Source of the DNA: Candidatus Bathyarchaeota archaeon
Lineage (GTDB): Archaea > Thermoproteota > Bathyarchaeia > Bathyarchaeales > Bathycorpusculaceae
Assembly (NCBI GenBank): GCA_963770935.1
Contig: CAVYRJ010000011.1
Location: 96,001-160,000, forward strand
DNA length: 64,000 nucleotides
Reading direction: 5' to 3'
Positions 1-10,480 of the stretch are shown here, piece by piece. Made by a program: the position numbers and the translations under genes. How positions within the stretch are numbered: the first letter of the stretch is position 1; the number at the start of each line of letters is the position of its first letter. Under the pieces are notes generated by a model. It made no database searches and had not been told where the DNA came from. It saw only the letters and a list, made by a program, of their open reading frames with translations.

Positions 1-599
1 GTGACTTTTCCTCTTTTCCTTCTCCCAGAAATGGTCACGTTTCTTAGCAGCTTACACGCTCCAAAAAGGAGGCTGTCGTAGTCTTGGCTTGCACAGTAAT
101 CTGCGTCGCCTTTTTTGTTCATGTGCGCTGCTTGAGCTTCACCTTCGCCCGGTGCCTGAACCCACGGTAACCCCATAAGCCCCAGAAGCTTCTGGCTGTC
201 ATCCAACATGTAATCTTTCATGCTAGTCGATGCCTGAGCGTACATGAACATTTTTTCTCTATCGCCTTTTGCCACCGCTTTCTCATAATGTGCAACTGCT
301 TCAACCTTTACTTGCTTACGTCTCTCAATTTCCGACGCCTTCAAGGCTGGAGATTCGCCGTCGAAAACATAGACTGGTTTAATGCCCATTTCAATTAGGT
401 TGCTTGTGCGATAAAAGAGTCCGCTTAGGTGACTGGTGACTTTTCCCGAGCTGTCTTTTAGGGGTGTGCCGTCAGGTTGACGGATTATGCTTAGAAATTG
501 GTAGATGGCGTTGTAGGCGTCTATGGCTATGATTTTGCCGCCTAAATCTTCGAGTTTTATTGGGGTTTTTGGTATGAGGTCTTTGAAGTTTACGCCCAA
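1..599 (-). CDS. fen: Flap endonuclease 1 (5' part; runs off window start)
   Basis: Minus-strand translation from TTG at 599: MGVNFKDLI...IAIDAYNAIYQFLSIIRQPDGTPL...SHLSGLFYRT...YVFDG...APGEGEAQAA...SQDYDSLLFG, typical archaeal FEN-1 motifs. Confidence 0.95.
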   Translation of the reverse strand, partial: MGVNFKDLIPKTPIKLEDLGGKIIAIDAYNAIYQFLSIIRQPDGTPLKDSSGKVTSHLSGLFYRTSNLIEMGIKPVYVFDGESPALKASEIERRKQVKVEAVAHYEKAVAKGDREKMFMYAQASTSMKDYMLDDSQKLLGLMGLPWVQAPGEGEAQAAHMNKKGDADYCASQDYDSLLFGACKLLRNVTISGRRKRGKV

Positions 600-786
600 A
601 ACGATTCCACAAAATATGATAGGCAAGAAACCATCTTAAGAGATTTGCGAAATACCTGCAAATTTAAAAAAGGAAGCCCGTATTGTATTTACTTGCGCAA
701 AAAAATCTTATGGCTCAAGCGTGGTTTTTGAGCATAGCAAATATAAGGAACCCTTACAATTATGACGGCACAGAAGTGTGAAGTTC

Positions 787-966
787 ATGTCAGAAAAGTT
801 GTCCCTAGTCACATGTACAAGTTGCGGAAAACCAATTCCGCCAGGCAGCGAATCTACAAAGTACCTATGCCCACAATGCGGTGAAATCCAGATTAAACGA
901 GACGGCAAATGTCGCAAATTCGGTCGACTCTACAAATGCCCCAAATGCGGTTTTAGCGGACCATAA
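787..966 (+). CDS. Zinc-ribbon protein (DUF1610/HVO_2753-like)
   Basis: CTSCG..CPQCG..CPKCGFSGP pattern; conserved position upstream of EF-1beta. Confidence 0.85.
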   Translation: MSEKLSLVTCTSCGKPIPPGSESTKYLCPQCGEIQIKRDGKCRKFGRLYKCPKCGFSGP

Positions 967-976
967 GGGGAAGCGT

Positions 977-1255
977 ATGGGCAGCGTACTAGTTACCTAC
1001 AAGGTTTTTCCCGAAGACATAGTGCCGAGTTTCGATGACCTCAAAGCCAAAATCAAAGCCGTCCTGCCTGAATTCGCGGCAATTGAAGGATACGGCGAGG
1101 AACCAGTTGCTTTTGGACTCATTGCACTCTTGGTTCAAATTAAATATCCAGAAGATAAGTCAGGTCTTGTTGATGAATTCGAAGAAAAACTCGCAAAAAT
1201 CCCCGGCGTAAGCCAAGCACAAACCTTCCAGATACGTAGAACAAGCCGCGATTGA
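977..1255 (+). CDS. ef1b: Translation elongation factor 1-beta
   Basis: VLVTYKVFPED...EEPVAFGL...IPGVSQ; ATG at 977. Confidence 0.92.
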   Translation: MGSVLVTYKVFPEDIVPSFDDLKAKIKAVLPEFAAIEGYGEEPVAFGLIALLVQIKYPEDKSGLVDEFEEKLAKIPGVSQAQTFQIRRTSRD

Positions 1256-1404
1256 GTCGCTTAAACCCACAAACCACCTAATTCAGCTCTCTAATATTGC
1301 TTTGAAGTCTTTGTTCTTACACTTTAAAGTTTATATAGTCATAACCGCTTTTTCAAACGCATCCAAAAAACAACAAGTCAGGATTATTTAGGAGATAATT
1401 CTAC

Positions 1405-3576
1405 ATGAGCGAAGTACAACTACGCGTTGGAGACGCACGGCAAAGAGACGTTGGCAGAGGAATCGCCCGAATTGACCAGCGAACCATGCAGAAACTTAGT
1501 ATAAGTGCTGGAGACGTAATTGAAATTGTAAACAAACGCACCACCTCAGCGATTGCTTGGCCAGCCTACAGTGAAGACCAAAACCGCGACATCATCCGCA
1601 TCGACGGTTTCACCCGAAAAAACAGTGGCGTAGCCATAAACGAATACGTGGTTATTCGACCTGCAAAAGTCAAAACTGCGCTCTCCTTAACACTCGCACC
1701 TGTAGACATGCGACTAAACGTAGATGAGGATTTTACCAACTTTGTCAAAAACCGCCTCATGGAACGCACCTTAGTCGAAGGCGATACAACTCTAGTCATG
1801 ATGTTAGGGCACGCCATACCATTTACCGTTTCAAAAACACGTCCCCACGGTATTATCAAAGTAACTGCCGAATCAAAACTTACAATCCTAAATGAGCCAG
1901 CTCCCGAAGGCAAAGGGCTACCTCGAACAAACTATGAAGACATCGGAGGACTCCACACAGAAATCCAGCGCGTCCGCGAAATGGTCGAATTGCCCCTTCG
2001 CCACCCAGAACTGTTCCAACGCTTAGGAATTGAACCGCCAAAAGGGGTATTGCTTCACGGTCCACCTGGCTGCGGGAAAACCCTCCTCGCACGTGCAGTT
2101 GCAAACGAGTCAGAAGCAAACTTCTACTCTATAAACGGACCCGAAATCATGAGCAAATTCTACGGGGAATCCGAAGCGCGGCTCCGCGAGATCTTCCAGC
2201 AAGCCCAGCAGAACGCACCCAGTATCATATTCGTTGATGAGCTTGACGCCATAGCGCCCAAACGGGAAGAAGTCACAGGAGAAGTGGAAAGACGCGTCGT
2301 TGCTCAACTCCTTGCATTGATGGATGGCTTGTCTGGCAGAGGAAACGTAATCGTAATAGGCGCAACCAACCGTCCAGGCGCACTAGATCCAGCTCTACGT
2401 CGCCCAGGCAGATTCGACCGAGAAATTGAAATCGGCGTCCCCGACAAAAAAGGACGTTACGAAGTTCTCCAAATCCACACCCGCGGCATGCCATTGGCAG
2501 AAGATGTTGACCTTCCCAAACTCTCAGCCATGACCCACGGCTACACGGGCGCCGATTTATCCGCTTTGGGAAGAGAAACCGCTATGAAAGCATTAAGAAG
2601 ATACCTGCCGCAGATCAACTTGGAAGAAGAGCGCATCCCGCCTGCAGTGCTGGAAAAGATGGAAGTTAAGATGGACGATTTCCTTGGTGCATACAAAGAA
2701 GTTACACCTACAGCTATGCGGGAAGTCTACATTGAAGTCACAACAGTTCACTGGGACGATGCTGGCGGACTCGACGATGTGAAACAACACCTCATAGAAG
2801 CCGTGGAGTGGCCGATAAAGACCCCTGAAATCTTCACCAAACTTGGAATTAGACCGCCAAAAGGCATTTTGCTCTATGGTCCACCTGGCTGCGGCAAAAC
2901 CCTTTTGGCACGCGCTGTAGCGACAGAGAGCGAAGCCAACTTCATATCCATAAAGGGGCCTGAAGTTTTCAGCAAATGGGTTGGTGAATCGGAAAAAGCA
3001 ATTCGTGAAGTGTTCCGCAAAGCCCGTATGGCCGCGCCTTCAGTAGTGTTCCTTGACGAAATCGATTCTCTAACACCCAGACGTGGGATGGGGATGTCTG
3101 ACAGCGGCGTTTCCGAACGCGTCATAAGTCAACTGCTAACTGAAATGGATGGCATTACGACGTTGCAAGACATCGTAGTTATCGCTGCTACTAACCGACC
3201 TGACATGGTTGATTCTGCTGTATTACGTCCAGGACGCTTTGACCGTTTAATCTATGTGCCTGAGCCTGATGAGAAGAGCCGTTTGCAAATCCTCAAGATT
3301 TATACAAAGGGCATGCCAATCGCCAAAGATGTGGACTTAAATCAGATAACAATTGCAACCAAATATTATTCTGGCGCTGACATAGAATCTCTTTGCCGCG
3401 AAGCTGCAATGCATGCGCTGCGAAAGAACGTAAGTTCAAGCGAAGTTACCATGAAAGACTTTCAGGACGCCTTAAAAGAGATGGGTCCCTCAATTACTCC
3501 TGACATGGAAAAATGGTACAAGAGCTTTATGCAGCAAATCCGACAAGTACAAAAGCCACAAACACCAGTTGCATAG
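1405..3576 (+). CDS. cdc48: CDC48/VCP family AAA+ ATPase
   Basis: N-domain ([11 protein letters not shown]) plus two AAA modules with GPPGCGKT Walker A and RPGRFDR motifs. Confidence 0.97.
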   Translation: MSEVQLRVGDARQRDVGRGIARIDQRTMQKLSISAGDVIEIVNKRTTSAIAWPAYSEDQNRDIIRIDGFTRKNSGVAINEYVVIRPAKVKTALSLTLAPVDMRLNVDEDFTNFVKNRLMERTLVEGDTTLVMMLGHAIPFTVSKTRPHGIIKVTAESKLTILNEPAPEGKGLPRTNYEDIGGLHTEIQRVREMVELPLRHPELFQRLGIEPPKGVLLHGPPGCGKTLLARAVANESEANFYSINGPEIMSKFYGESEARLREIFQQAQQNAPSIIFVDELDAIAPKREEVTGEVERRVVAQLLALMDGLSGRGNVIVIGATNRPGALDPALRRPGRFDREIEIGVPDKKGRYEVLQIHTRGMPLAEDVDLPKLSAMTHGYTGADLSALGRETAMKALRRYLPQINLEEERIPPAVLEKMEVKMDDFLGAYKEVTPTAMREVYIEVTTVHWDDAGGLDDVKQHLIEAVEWPIKTPEIFTKLGIRPPKGILLYGPPGCGKTLLARAVATESEANFISIKGPEVFSKWVGESEKAIREVFRKARMAAPSVVFLDEIDSLTPRRGMGMSDSGVSERVISQLLTEMDGITTLQDIVVIAATNRPDMVDSAVLRPGRFDRLIYVPEPDEKSRLQILKIYTKGMPIAKDVDLNQITIATKYYSGADIESLCREAAMHALRKNVSSSEVTMKDFQDALKEMGPSITPDMEKWYKSFMQQIRQVQKPQTPVA

Positions 3577-3582
3577 GAAGGA

Positions 3583-3825
3583 ATGCTTATGCCGCAGATA
3601 AAAACTTGGAAAACACGCCCAGCCTACTTCTACCTGCTGGAAGTTCTGACTAAGAAAGGCGACTTAACAGACGACGACCTCTTTGACCAGCTAAAAAACG
3701 AGTACGAAGATTTAGGCTTCAAAGACTTTAACGAACTGCTGCTGAAGCTTGAAGTAAGCGGCAAGATCCGAACTTCCTCGATGTCTAGGGGTAAACGTCG
3801 AATCGAGCTAGTCCACCTGCATTAA
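3583..3825 (+). CDS. Small winged-helix hypothetical protein
   Basis: 80 aa, ...FNELLLKLEVSGKIR wHTH-like pattern; 6 nt after cdc48 stop. Confidence 0.65.
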   Translation: MLMPQIKTWKTRPAYFYLLEVLTKKGDLTDDDLFDQLKNEYEDLGFKDFNELLLKLEVSGKIRTSSMSRGKRRIELVHLH

Positions 3826-3968
3826 TAAGTTTTTTCTTAACTTATTTTCTCGCTTTTTGTTGGATCTAAAGAAATGGAATTTTGGTTCTTTGCGTTTTCT
3901 GTACTTTTTCAGATTATCTCAGGCTCGCTTTGTAGACCTTATATAATGAAAAATCCAATAGCATAACG

Positions 3969-5207
3969 ATGATGCCCCAAAAAATTCAGCCCGCAGATGC
4001 AATAGTTGTAGGTGGCGGACCCGTTGGTTCATATGCAGCATTAAACCTAGCTAATAATGGTGTTAAAGCCACAGTTTTTGAAGAGCACCCACAGATTGGT
4101 TTGCCTTCCCATTGTGCTGGACACATAAGCATAAGAAGCCTAAGAAAAATAGGGCTTTATCCGCTTCCAAAAGCAATAGTTGAGAACACCTTCTGTACTG
4201 CCAACTTTTACTCGCCTGCTGGAACAAAGTTTTCGCTCCAGCTTTCTTGTCCAGTTACGACCGCTTTGAATAGGGCACGGTTTGACCAATACTTGGCTAG
4301 TAAAGCTCAAGAAGCTGGAGCAAGCTTTGTTTTGAGCTCTCGCGTCAAATCACTTCTGATAGAAGATGGATTTGTTAAAGGTGTTAACATTATGCAAGCC
4401 GAAGGTGCTGAAAAGAAAGTTTATTCCAAAGTGGTGTTGGATGCTGAAGGCGTATCTTCCAGGCTTCTAAGGCAAGTGGGCTTACCAACCTTTAAGCCCA
4501 GCGGTTTGGTTTATGCTGTTGAAGCAGAAGTTGACAGCGTGCAGGATGTTGAGCTTGACGCGGTTGAAGTTTATTTTGGCAAATCTTATGCACCTGGCTT
4601 TTACGGTTGGCTCATTCCAAGAATAGATGGCTCAGCAAAAGTCGGTTTGGCAACAAACCATGGAGACCCACGCGAATACCTCAAGCGGCTAATGTCTAAG
4701 CATCCTGTGGCCTCTAAACAGCTTGGAAAAGCCAAAATAACACAGGCCGGCTACCATGCCATTACGTTGGGTGGACCAATCAACAGGTCTTACGCAGATG
4801 GTTTCCTTGCGGTCGGCGACTGCGCTTCACAGGTTAAACCTACAACTGGCGGTGGAGTAATCTTTGGGTTAACGTGTGCCCGAGCAGCAGCTGAAGTTGC
4901 AAGTCAAGCACTAAAACAAGGCAATGTATCATCCGATTTCTTGAGGGTTTATCAAAAACGATGCGAAGACCTATTAAGTTTCGACTTCAGCGTTATGCTT
5001 CGGCTTAGGCGTTTTCTTAATTCTCTTTCCGATGAGAAATTGGATGAGATGCTTCGGGTCTGCGGAAAATTGGGTGTAGATCGGGCTCTTAGGGATGTGG
5101 ATGAGATTGATTTTCAAGGTAAGATGTTGCTTACGGCATCAAGGAAACCTGCAATGCTTGCGGCTTTGGCTTACTTTGGTTTGCTCTACTTGTCTGCAAA
5201 CCCTTAA
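3969..5207 (+). CDS. Geranylgeranyl reductase family flavoprotein (DGGGPL reductase-like)
   Basis: VVGGGPVG FAD motif, PSHCAG, RARFD, GFYGWLIP, VGDCASQVKPTTGGG. Confidence 0.9.
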   Translation: MMPQKIQPADAIVVGGGPVGSYAALNLANNGVKATVFEEHPQIGLPSHCAGHISIRSLRKIGLYPLPKAIVENTFCTANFYSPAGTKFSLQLSCPVTTALNRARFDQYLASKAQEAGASFVLSSRVKSLLIEDGFVKGVNIMQAEGAEKKVYSKVVLDAEGVSSRLLRQVGLPTFKPSGLVYAVEAEVDSVQDVELDAVEVYFGKSYAPGFYGWLIPRIDGSAKVGLATNHGDPREYLKRLMSKHPVASKQLGKAKITQAGYHAITLGGPINRSYADGFLAVGDCASQVKPTTGGGVIFGLTCARAAAEVASQALKQGNVSSDFLRVYQKRCEDLLSFDFSVMLRLRRFLNSLSDEKLDEMLRVCGKLGVDRALRDVDEIDFQGKMLLTASRKPAMLAALAYFGLLYLSANP

Positions 5208-5244
5208 AATCTCCAGTGCAAACATTGATTCGGGATAATGCTAA

Positions 5245-5607
5245 ATGGGCGAATTTGAATACAAGCAAGTCCTAGTCTTCCGAACCGACCTACAGATGAG
5301 CAAAGGCAAAATCGCAGCCCAAGCTGGGCATGCCGCTGTTTCAGCTGCTCAGAACGCTTATGCTCGGCATAAGAAGTGGTGGGAAGCGTGGATGTTTGAG
5401 GGGCAAAAAAAAGTCGCTGTTAAGGTTGCCGGAGAAAAAGAACTAGGCGAACTCGAAGAGGCTGCTGATGATTTAGGTTTGCCCCATGCGCTGATAGTTG
5501 ATAGAGGCTTAACAGAGGTTCCCGAAGGAACAATTACCTGTTTGGGGATTGGTCCTGCACCGTCAGGTATGATTGACCGTTTAACTGGCAAGCTCAAATT
5601 GTTATAG
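5245..5607 (+). CDS. pth2: Peptidyl-tRNA hydrolase 2
   Basis: YKQVLVFRTDLQMSKGKIAAQAGHA, DRGLTEV, LTGKLKLL. Confidence 0.96.
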   Translation: MGEFEYKQVLVFRTDLQMSKGKIAAQAGHAAVSAAQNAYARHKKWWEAWMFEGQKKVAVKVAGEKELGELEEAADDLGLPHALIVDRGLTEVPEGTITCLGIGPAPSGMIDRLTGKLKLL

Positions 5608-5619
5608 GCGAGTCTTTTT

Positions 5620-6993
5620 TTGTCTGTTCCCTCCCTTGAAAAGTTGCTGGGCTTAGAAGTTTACGCTACGAAAACTGGAGGCGTAGGCGGCAGAATTAAG
5701 GCGTCGATTGAGGATTTTGTTGTTGAGGAAGTCCTTGTTGATGGCTCCAAGGCAAGCATCAATGAATCTATTCCAAGTAAGGTTTTGGGTTCTACTTCCC
5801 AGAAGAAGCGTTTTTTGCTTTGTGTTTTGGTTAAAAAAAACTGGGACACCTTCATTGCTGTGAAAAACGTTGCGAAGTCATTGGGCATTGACCAAGAAAG
5901 AATCCAGTTTGCAGGAATCAAAGACGCCAAAGCTGTAACTGCCCAACATATCTCAATTGAAAACATTTCAATTGAAGAAGCTGGGAAAGTAGAGGTTAGA
6001 GATCTGGAAGTGCGCCCAGTAGGTTACATTAGAGAGATGATGTCTCTGTTCTACCTTTTAGGCAATAATTTCACAATTACAATCAAATCTATTCAAGATT
6101 CAGAGACAAACATTAAAGAAAACATCGCCCAAACAATGCAGGAACTCGATGCAATCGGTGGTATCCCCAACTTTTTTGGGCATCAACGCTTCGGAACCAC
6201 CCGTCCCATAACGCATTTGGTTGGAAAAGCCCTTGTCAGAGGCGATTTTGAGGAGGCAGCGATGCTTTTTTTGGCTAAATCAAGCGCACATGAGCATCCA
6301 GCTTCAAGGCAAGCCCGGCAAGAACTAGAAACAACAAAAAATTTCAAGAATGCTCAGATGAACTTTCCCATTCAACTCCGTTTTGAACGAATAATGCTCA
6401 ACCATTTAGCCGATAATCCCTGTGATTTTGTTGGAGCTTTCCAAAGTTTGCCCCTGAAACTTCAGGCGCTATTTGTTCAAGCTCACCAGGCCTACTTGTT
6501 TAATCGTTTTCTGAGCGAGCGGATAAAGGATGGTTTGCCTTTGAATGAGGCTGTTGTTGGAGATTATGTGGTTGGGGTTGAGCGTTCTGGATTACATCTG
6601 ACTTCGGTATCTAAAATTGCAGCTGCAGAGAACTTGGCTGAAGTAAACTCTCAGATTAGATCTGGAAGGTTGCGTGTTGCTCTTCCTATATTTGGAGTAA
6701 AACAGAAGCTTTCCCAAGGTATCATGGGGAAGATAGAACGTAAAGTTCTTGAGCAGGAAGGGGTTAATGCAGAAAACTTTTTTGTTAATGTATTGTCGAG
6801 GACGGGTGGGAAAGGCGGTTTACGTACGGCTGTAACTCCCATCAAGGACTTTAAACTTCAAGGTGTTTCGGTGAATTCAGATGATGGAACGTGTCAGGTA
6901 AAAGTGAGTTTTATGTTGTTTAGAGGGTCTTATGCGACTGTCGTTTTAAGGGAAATAATTAAAGCTTCCGACCCTATAACAGCTGGCTTTTAG
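5620..6993 (+). CDS. truD: tRNA pseudouridine(13) synthase TruD
   Basis: EDFVVEE, AGIKDAKAVTAQ, PNFFGHQRFG, RGSYATVVLREI. Confidence 0.95.
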   Translation: MSVPSLEKLLGLEVYATKTGGVGGRIKASIEDFVVEEVLVDGSKASINESIPSKVLGSTSQKKRFLLCVLVKKNWDTFIAVKNVAKSLGIDQERIQFAGIKDAKAVTAQHISIENISIEEAGKVEVRDLEVRPVGYIREMMSLFYLLGNNFTITIKSIQDSETNIKENIAQTMQELDAIGGIPNFFGHQRFGTTRPITHLVGKALVRGDFEEAAMLFLAKSSAHEHPASRQARQELETTKNFKNAQMNFPIQLRFERIMLNHLADNPCDFVGAFQSLPLKLQALFVQAHQAYLFNRFLSERIKDGLPLNEAVVGDYVVGVERSGLHLTSVSKIAAAENLAEVNSQIRSGRLRVALPIFGVKQKLSQGIMGKIERKVLEQEGVNAENFFVNVLSRTGGKGGLRTAVTPIKDFKLQGVSVNSDDGTCQVKVSFMLFRGSYATVVLREIIKASDPITAGF

Positions 6994-7055
6994 GGAGTTA
7001 GCGAAAATGCTGATAAGCAAGTGATTGGTTCATTGTTTAATAGGGAGTTTTTTTT

Positions 7056-7616
7056 ATGGAAAATCAAAGGCAATGCGTCATTCCGCTTCATAGGCCTAGT
7101 CGAAGGGAGTTTATTTTCTTTTTTGCCTCTGGGATTTTGGTGAGTATTCCTATTGCATCTTTTTTTGAGGGTTTTTATCCAACTGAGTTTTCTGTAGCCT
7201 TATTAATCGTTGTTTTAGCGCCAGTCATAGAAGAGATAGCTAAAGTTTTTCCTTTGTTCTACAGGCACGGTGAAACAGAAAGATCTATTGTAACTTTGGG
7301 TTTACTGATCGGTTTGGGTTTTGGTATTGCAGAGTTTGCTGAATATGTGTTCTTTGTAGGTGTGCCCCCAATTGCAAGAGTACCGGGCATCATTTTTCAT
7401 GCTTCCAGCGCAACCGTAACCGCTTATGGCATTGCCAAAAGGAATCCTTTACCCTACTACTTGGTTGCCGTAACGCTTCATATGGCTAACAACTTTCTTG
7501 CCCTTTTAGGGAACATCATCTTTGGGATTTTTGCTGAAGTGCTGGTTTTAGTCACCATTTACCTTTTAGCTTGGCGCTATTACCGCGCAGCATCAAAAGA
7601 AAAAATGGTGACTTAA
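7056..7616 (+). CDS. PrsW-family intramembrane glutamic protease
   Basis: APVIEEIAK, GLGFGIAE, FH and LHMANN motifs in a multi-TM protein. Confidence 0.85.
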   Translation: MENQRQCVIPLHRPSRREFIFFFASGILVSIPIASFFEGFYPTEFSVALLIVVLAPVIEEIAKVFPLFYRHGETERSIVTLGLLIGLGFGIAEFAEYVFFVGVPPIARVPGIIFHASSATVTAYGIAKRNPLPYYLVAVTLHMANNFLALLGNIIFGIFAEVLVLVTIYLLAWRYYRAASKEKMVT

Positions 7617-8140
7617 CTGACTCGGTCGGTTCTGGTTAAGTCCCTTAGCCTGTTAACCCCATCAATCTCCAAAACGAAGTTCGAAACGCTCTTTGGCACA
7701 AGCTCAGTCCAACTGTCGTCTTTAGCCATTTTTTCACGGACAAAAGTTGAACTGTAGACCTTTCGCTCGAACAACGGTATGTTCTTAACCTCGTAGCCAG
7801 CTTCCATGAAAAGCCTCTTAGTCAACGGCTCATTAGAGAACAGGACGCTGAATTTTGGCGTATAGCCTTCAACCGCGCTGACCCACAACATGTGCAAGTG
7901 AACATCAGGTACAGGAACAATCCACAATTCAGAATAATCCACCCCTGCCTCAAGCAGTGCCTGACGAACCATGACCAGCCTCTCACCTGCCGTAAATGGG
8001 TTGTTGGCGTTGTGGCTGTACTGGGCACTTCCTATGACAATTACTAATTCATCAACCTCTTTTAAGGCGTACTTTATGGCGTCTAAGTGCCCTAAATGGA
8101 ATGGCTGAAATCTTCCAACGTAGAGGCCTCTATAAACCAT
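7613..8140 (-). CDS. nadM: Nicotinamide-nucleotide adenylyltransferase
   Basis: GRFQPFHLGH, GSAQYSH..NPFTAGER, YSSTFVR. Confidence 0.95.
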   Translation of the reverse strand: MVYRGLYVGRFQPFHLGHLDAIKYALKEVDELVIVIGSAQYSHNANNPFTAGERLVMVRQALLEAGVDYSELWIVPVPDVHLHMLWVSAVEGYTPKFSVLFSNEPLTKRLFMEAGYEVKNIPLFERKVYSSTFVREKMAKDDSWTELVPKSVSNFVLEIDGVNRLRDLTRTDRVS

Positions 8141-8197
8141 GGTGGTCACTTGCTTTGAGTGTGGTTCACCCACATTTATCATTTGCGTAACACTATC

Positions 8198-8785
8198 TTA
8201 AGCAAAGTTTCTGAGAACGTTTTCGACTGGGAAAACCATTAGTTGCTCATCATCATCAACTTCAATTTCTTTGGATGAAGAAAACCCTCGTTTTTCCCTG
8301 CATAAAAGCTCCGCCTTAACTTTTAAACCAAACCCATAGCCGCCCAACGTAAAATCAGCTTTAACAACCCTGTGGCAAGGAATGATAGGCGCAAAAGGAT
8401 TAGATGCCATAATGTTTCCGACTGCTCTGGGTCCACCACCGACAGCTTTGGCAATTGCACCATAAGATGTTACGTAGCCAATTGGAATTTTTGAGGTTGT
8501 TTTGAGGACTTTTTTGGTATAGGCTGGCAAATGAGATGTTGCCAAAGATAGATTTCCGTTAACATCTTTTCCTTCATAAACGTTTTTCAAGGTTGCGAGT
8601 GCATTTTTTGCGGAAGCCATCGGCTCATGGAAAACTTGAAAAGCCAAATTGAAAGGTATGTTAAATAGTACTTTTTCAACGGTTGTGTTTTGGTCAATCC
8701 CGAAGGATGTTGCTATGATTTGTTGCTTGCTTGTGGCGATTGCGAACCATGTACCGTCGATGTTTTGGGTGTATATTTCTATCAT
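8198..8785 (-). CDS. ogt: Methylated-DNA-protein-cysteine methyltransferase
   Basis: IPIGYVTSYG, PRAVG, IPCHRV active site. Confidence 0.92.
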   Translation of the reverse strand: MIEIYTQNIDGTWFAIATSKQQIIATSFGIDQNTTVEKVLFNIPFNLAFQVFHEPMASAKNALATLKNVYEGKDVNGNLSLATSHLPAYTKKVLKTTSKIPIGYVTSYGAIAKAVGGGPRAVGNIMASNPFAPIIPCHRVVKADFTLGGYGFGLKVKAELLCREKRGFSSSKEIEVDDDEQLMVFPVENVLRNFA

Positions 8786-8822
8786 TTGGTCTTCCTTTTT
8801 TGTTGAAGGGATTGGGTGTATG

Positions 8823-8993
8823 TTAAAAGTTTCTGCGGTTGAAGCTATTTTTGCTGGAGTAATCCATTAATGTAGTTACTAACTTTACGTTGTCCACGGA
8901 TGGTTTGGCGGCTATGAAGTTTTTGGTTGTAACTGTTACGTAACCGATGGGTTTTCCACATTTTTGGCACTCTAAAGATTTATCTTCGCTCAT
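8823..8993 (-). CDS. Small CxxC hypothetical protein
   Basis: MSEDKSLECQKCGKPIGYV, 56 aa from ATG at 8993. Confidence 0.5.
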   Translation of the reverse strand: MSEDKSLECQKCGKPIGYVTVTTKNFIAAKPSVDNVKLVTTLMDYSSKNSFNRRNF

Positions 8994-9074
8994 ACACGCC
9001 ACTACGCTTACTCTATAATGGTTATAAGTAACCTTAATAATTTGTCTTGTGTATATCAAGAAAAGGCGAAAATT

Positions 9075-9773
9075 ATGGAAGGTTATGGACCACAACTACC
9101 TGGATTACCCAATATTCCACAAATCCAGCTTATGCCGCAAGACCAACAGCAAGCTCAAGGCAACCAAGCTCAACAAGGCGGCGGATGGATGCCAGGCGCT
9201 ACCACTGTGGGCGCTGTCTTTAATGATGGAGTAATTTTAGCTTCAGAAAAAAGAGTTACATATGGTAACTTTATTATGAGTAAAGGCGGCAAAAAAGTTT
9301 TCAAAGTAACAGACCAGATCGGTGTAGCATGCGCTGGATTGGTTGGAGATATGCAGATTCTTGCCAAAGAAATGCAAGCGCAAGCCAACCTATTTAGTAT
9401 GGATGTCGGAAGAAAAATCAGCGTGCGTTCAGCATCAAAACTCTTGGCTAACGTACTGTTCAACCGTAGATACTCGCCATTATTCACGCAGACAATCGTC
9501 GGCGGTTTAGATGATGAAGGCGCATCGCTCTATGTGCTTGACGTCTTAGGGTCACTTATTCCTGACAAGTACGCAGTTGTGGGTTCAGGCACAGAAATCG
9601 CAATGGGTGTTCTCGAAGAAGGCTATAAGGAAACCATGACTGCTAACGAAGCAAAAGAGCTTGTTACGCGGTCGATAAAGTCAGCGGTTAGCCGAGATTC
9701 CATGAGCGGTGACGGAATTGACTTCCTTATTATAACTAAGGAAGGCGTTGCTGAAGAATCCATAAAGTTTTAG
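9075..9773 (+). CDS. psmB: Proteasome beta subunit, probably non-catalytic paralog, with Gln-rich N-terminal extension
   Basis: Ntn-hydrolase motifs (GATTVG, ASEKR, AGLVGD, VGSG, RDSMSGDG); Thr1 position is Ala. Confidence 0.92.
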   Translation: MEGYGPQLPGLPNIPQIQLMPQDQQQAQGNQAQQGGGWMPGATTVGAVFNDGVILASEKRVTYGNFIMSKGGKKVFKVTDQIGVACAGLVGDMQILAKEMQAQANLFSMDVGRKISVRSASKLLANVLFNRRYSPLFTQTIVGGLDDEGASLYVLDVLGSLIPDKYAVVGSGTEIAMGVLEEGYKETMTANEAKELVTRSIKSAVSRDSMSGDGIDFLIITKEGVAEESIKF

Positions 9774-9850
9774 CCAACCCTTAATTTTTATTTTTTAGGT
9801 ATAACAGGCAATTCAGCCCTTCGTAGGTTTGTGTTTGAGGAAGGTATGTT

Positions 9851-10480
9851 ATGTCGTTTGAATTAACCCAAGAAGAAGGAGAATTCCTAATCAGCTTAGC
9901 CCGAAACACAGTAAAACAATATTTGGAAACAAGCAAAGCCCCAAAACCGCCCAAAGAAACACCTAAAAAACTCTTCGAGCACTGCGGCGTCTTTGTCACC
10001 ATCAACAGTTTTGGGCAAGGCGAGAAGATGCTTCGCGGTTGCATCGGCTACCCCTACCCTACAAGTCCTTTAGTTGAAGCTGTGATTGACAGCGCTGTTA
10101 ACGCTGCAACGGAGGATCCACGCTTTGAGCCCATGTCCATAGCAGAGTTAGGTCATGTTGTTTTTGAAGTCAGCGTTCTCACACCTCCCGAACCAGTCGA
10201 AGTAGCCAACCCTAAAGAATACGTGAGCAAAATCAAAGTTGGAGAAGACGGCTTAATTATCGAACGTGGATATCACAAGGGTTTGCTTCTGCCCCAGGTC
10301 CCCATGGAGTGGGGTTGGTGTGAAGAAGAGTTTTTATGCCAGTGCTGCATGAAAGCGGGGTTGCCACCAGACAGTTGGCTAACAAAAGAAGCAAAAATCT
10401 ACAAGTTCAAAGCAATAATCTTTGACGAAGAAACACCCAACGGCAAAGTCAAACGTCTAAACCTAACAAATAAGTCTTAA
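9851..10480 (+). CDS. AMMECR1-domain protein (TIGR00296-like)
   Basis: GVFVT, LRGCIG, DPRF, EVSVLT, GLLLPQV, CMKAGL. Confidence 0.93.
   Translation: MSFELTQEEGEFLISLARNTVKQYLETSKAPKPPKETPKKLFEHCGVFVTINSFGQGEKMLRGCIGYPYPTSPLVEAVIDSAVNAATEDPRFEPMSIAELGHVVFEVSVLTPPEPVEVANPKEYVSKIKVGEDGLIIERGYHKGLLLPQVPMEWGWCEEEFLCQCCMKAGLPPDSWLTKEAKIYKFKAIIFDEETPNGKVKRLNLTNKS

Noticed and set aside
1566-3125. Antisense ORFs over cdc48, and similar shadow ORFs throughout the track
   Set aside because: They fully overlap well-supported genes on the opposite strand or in another frame.
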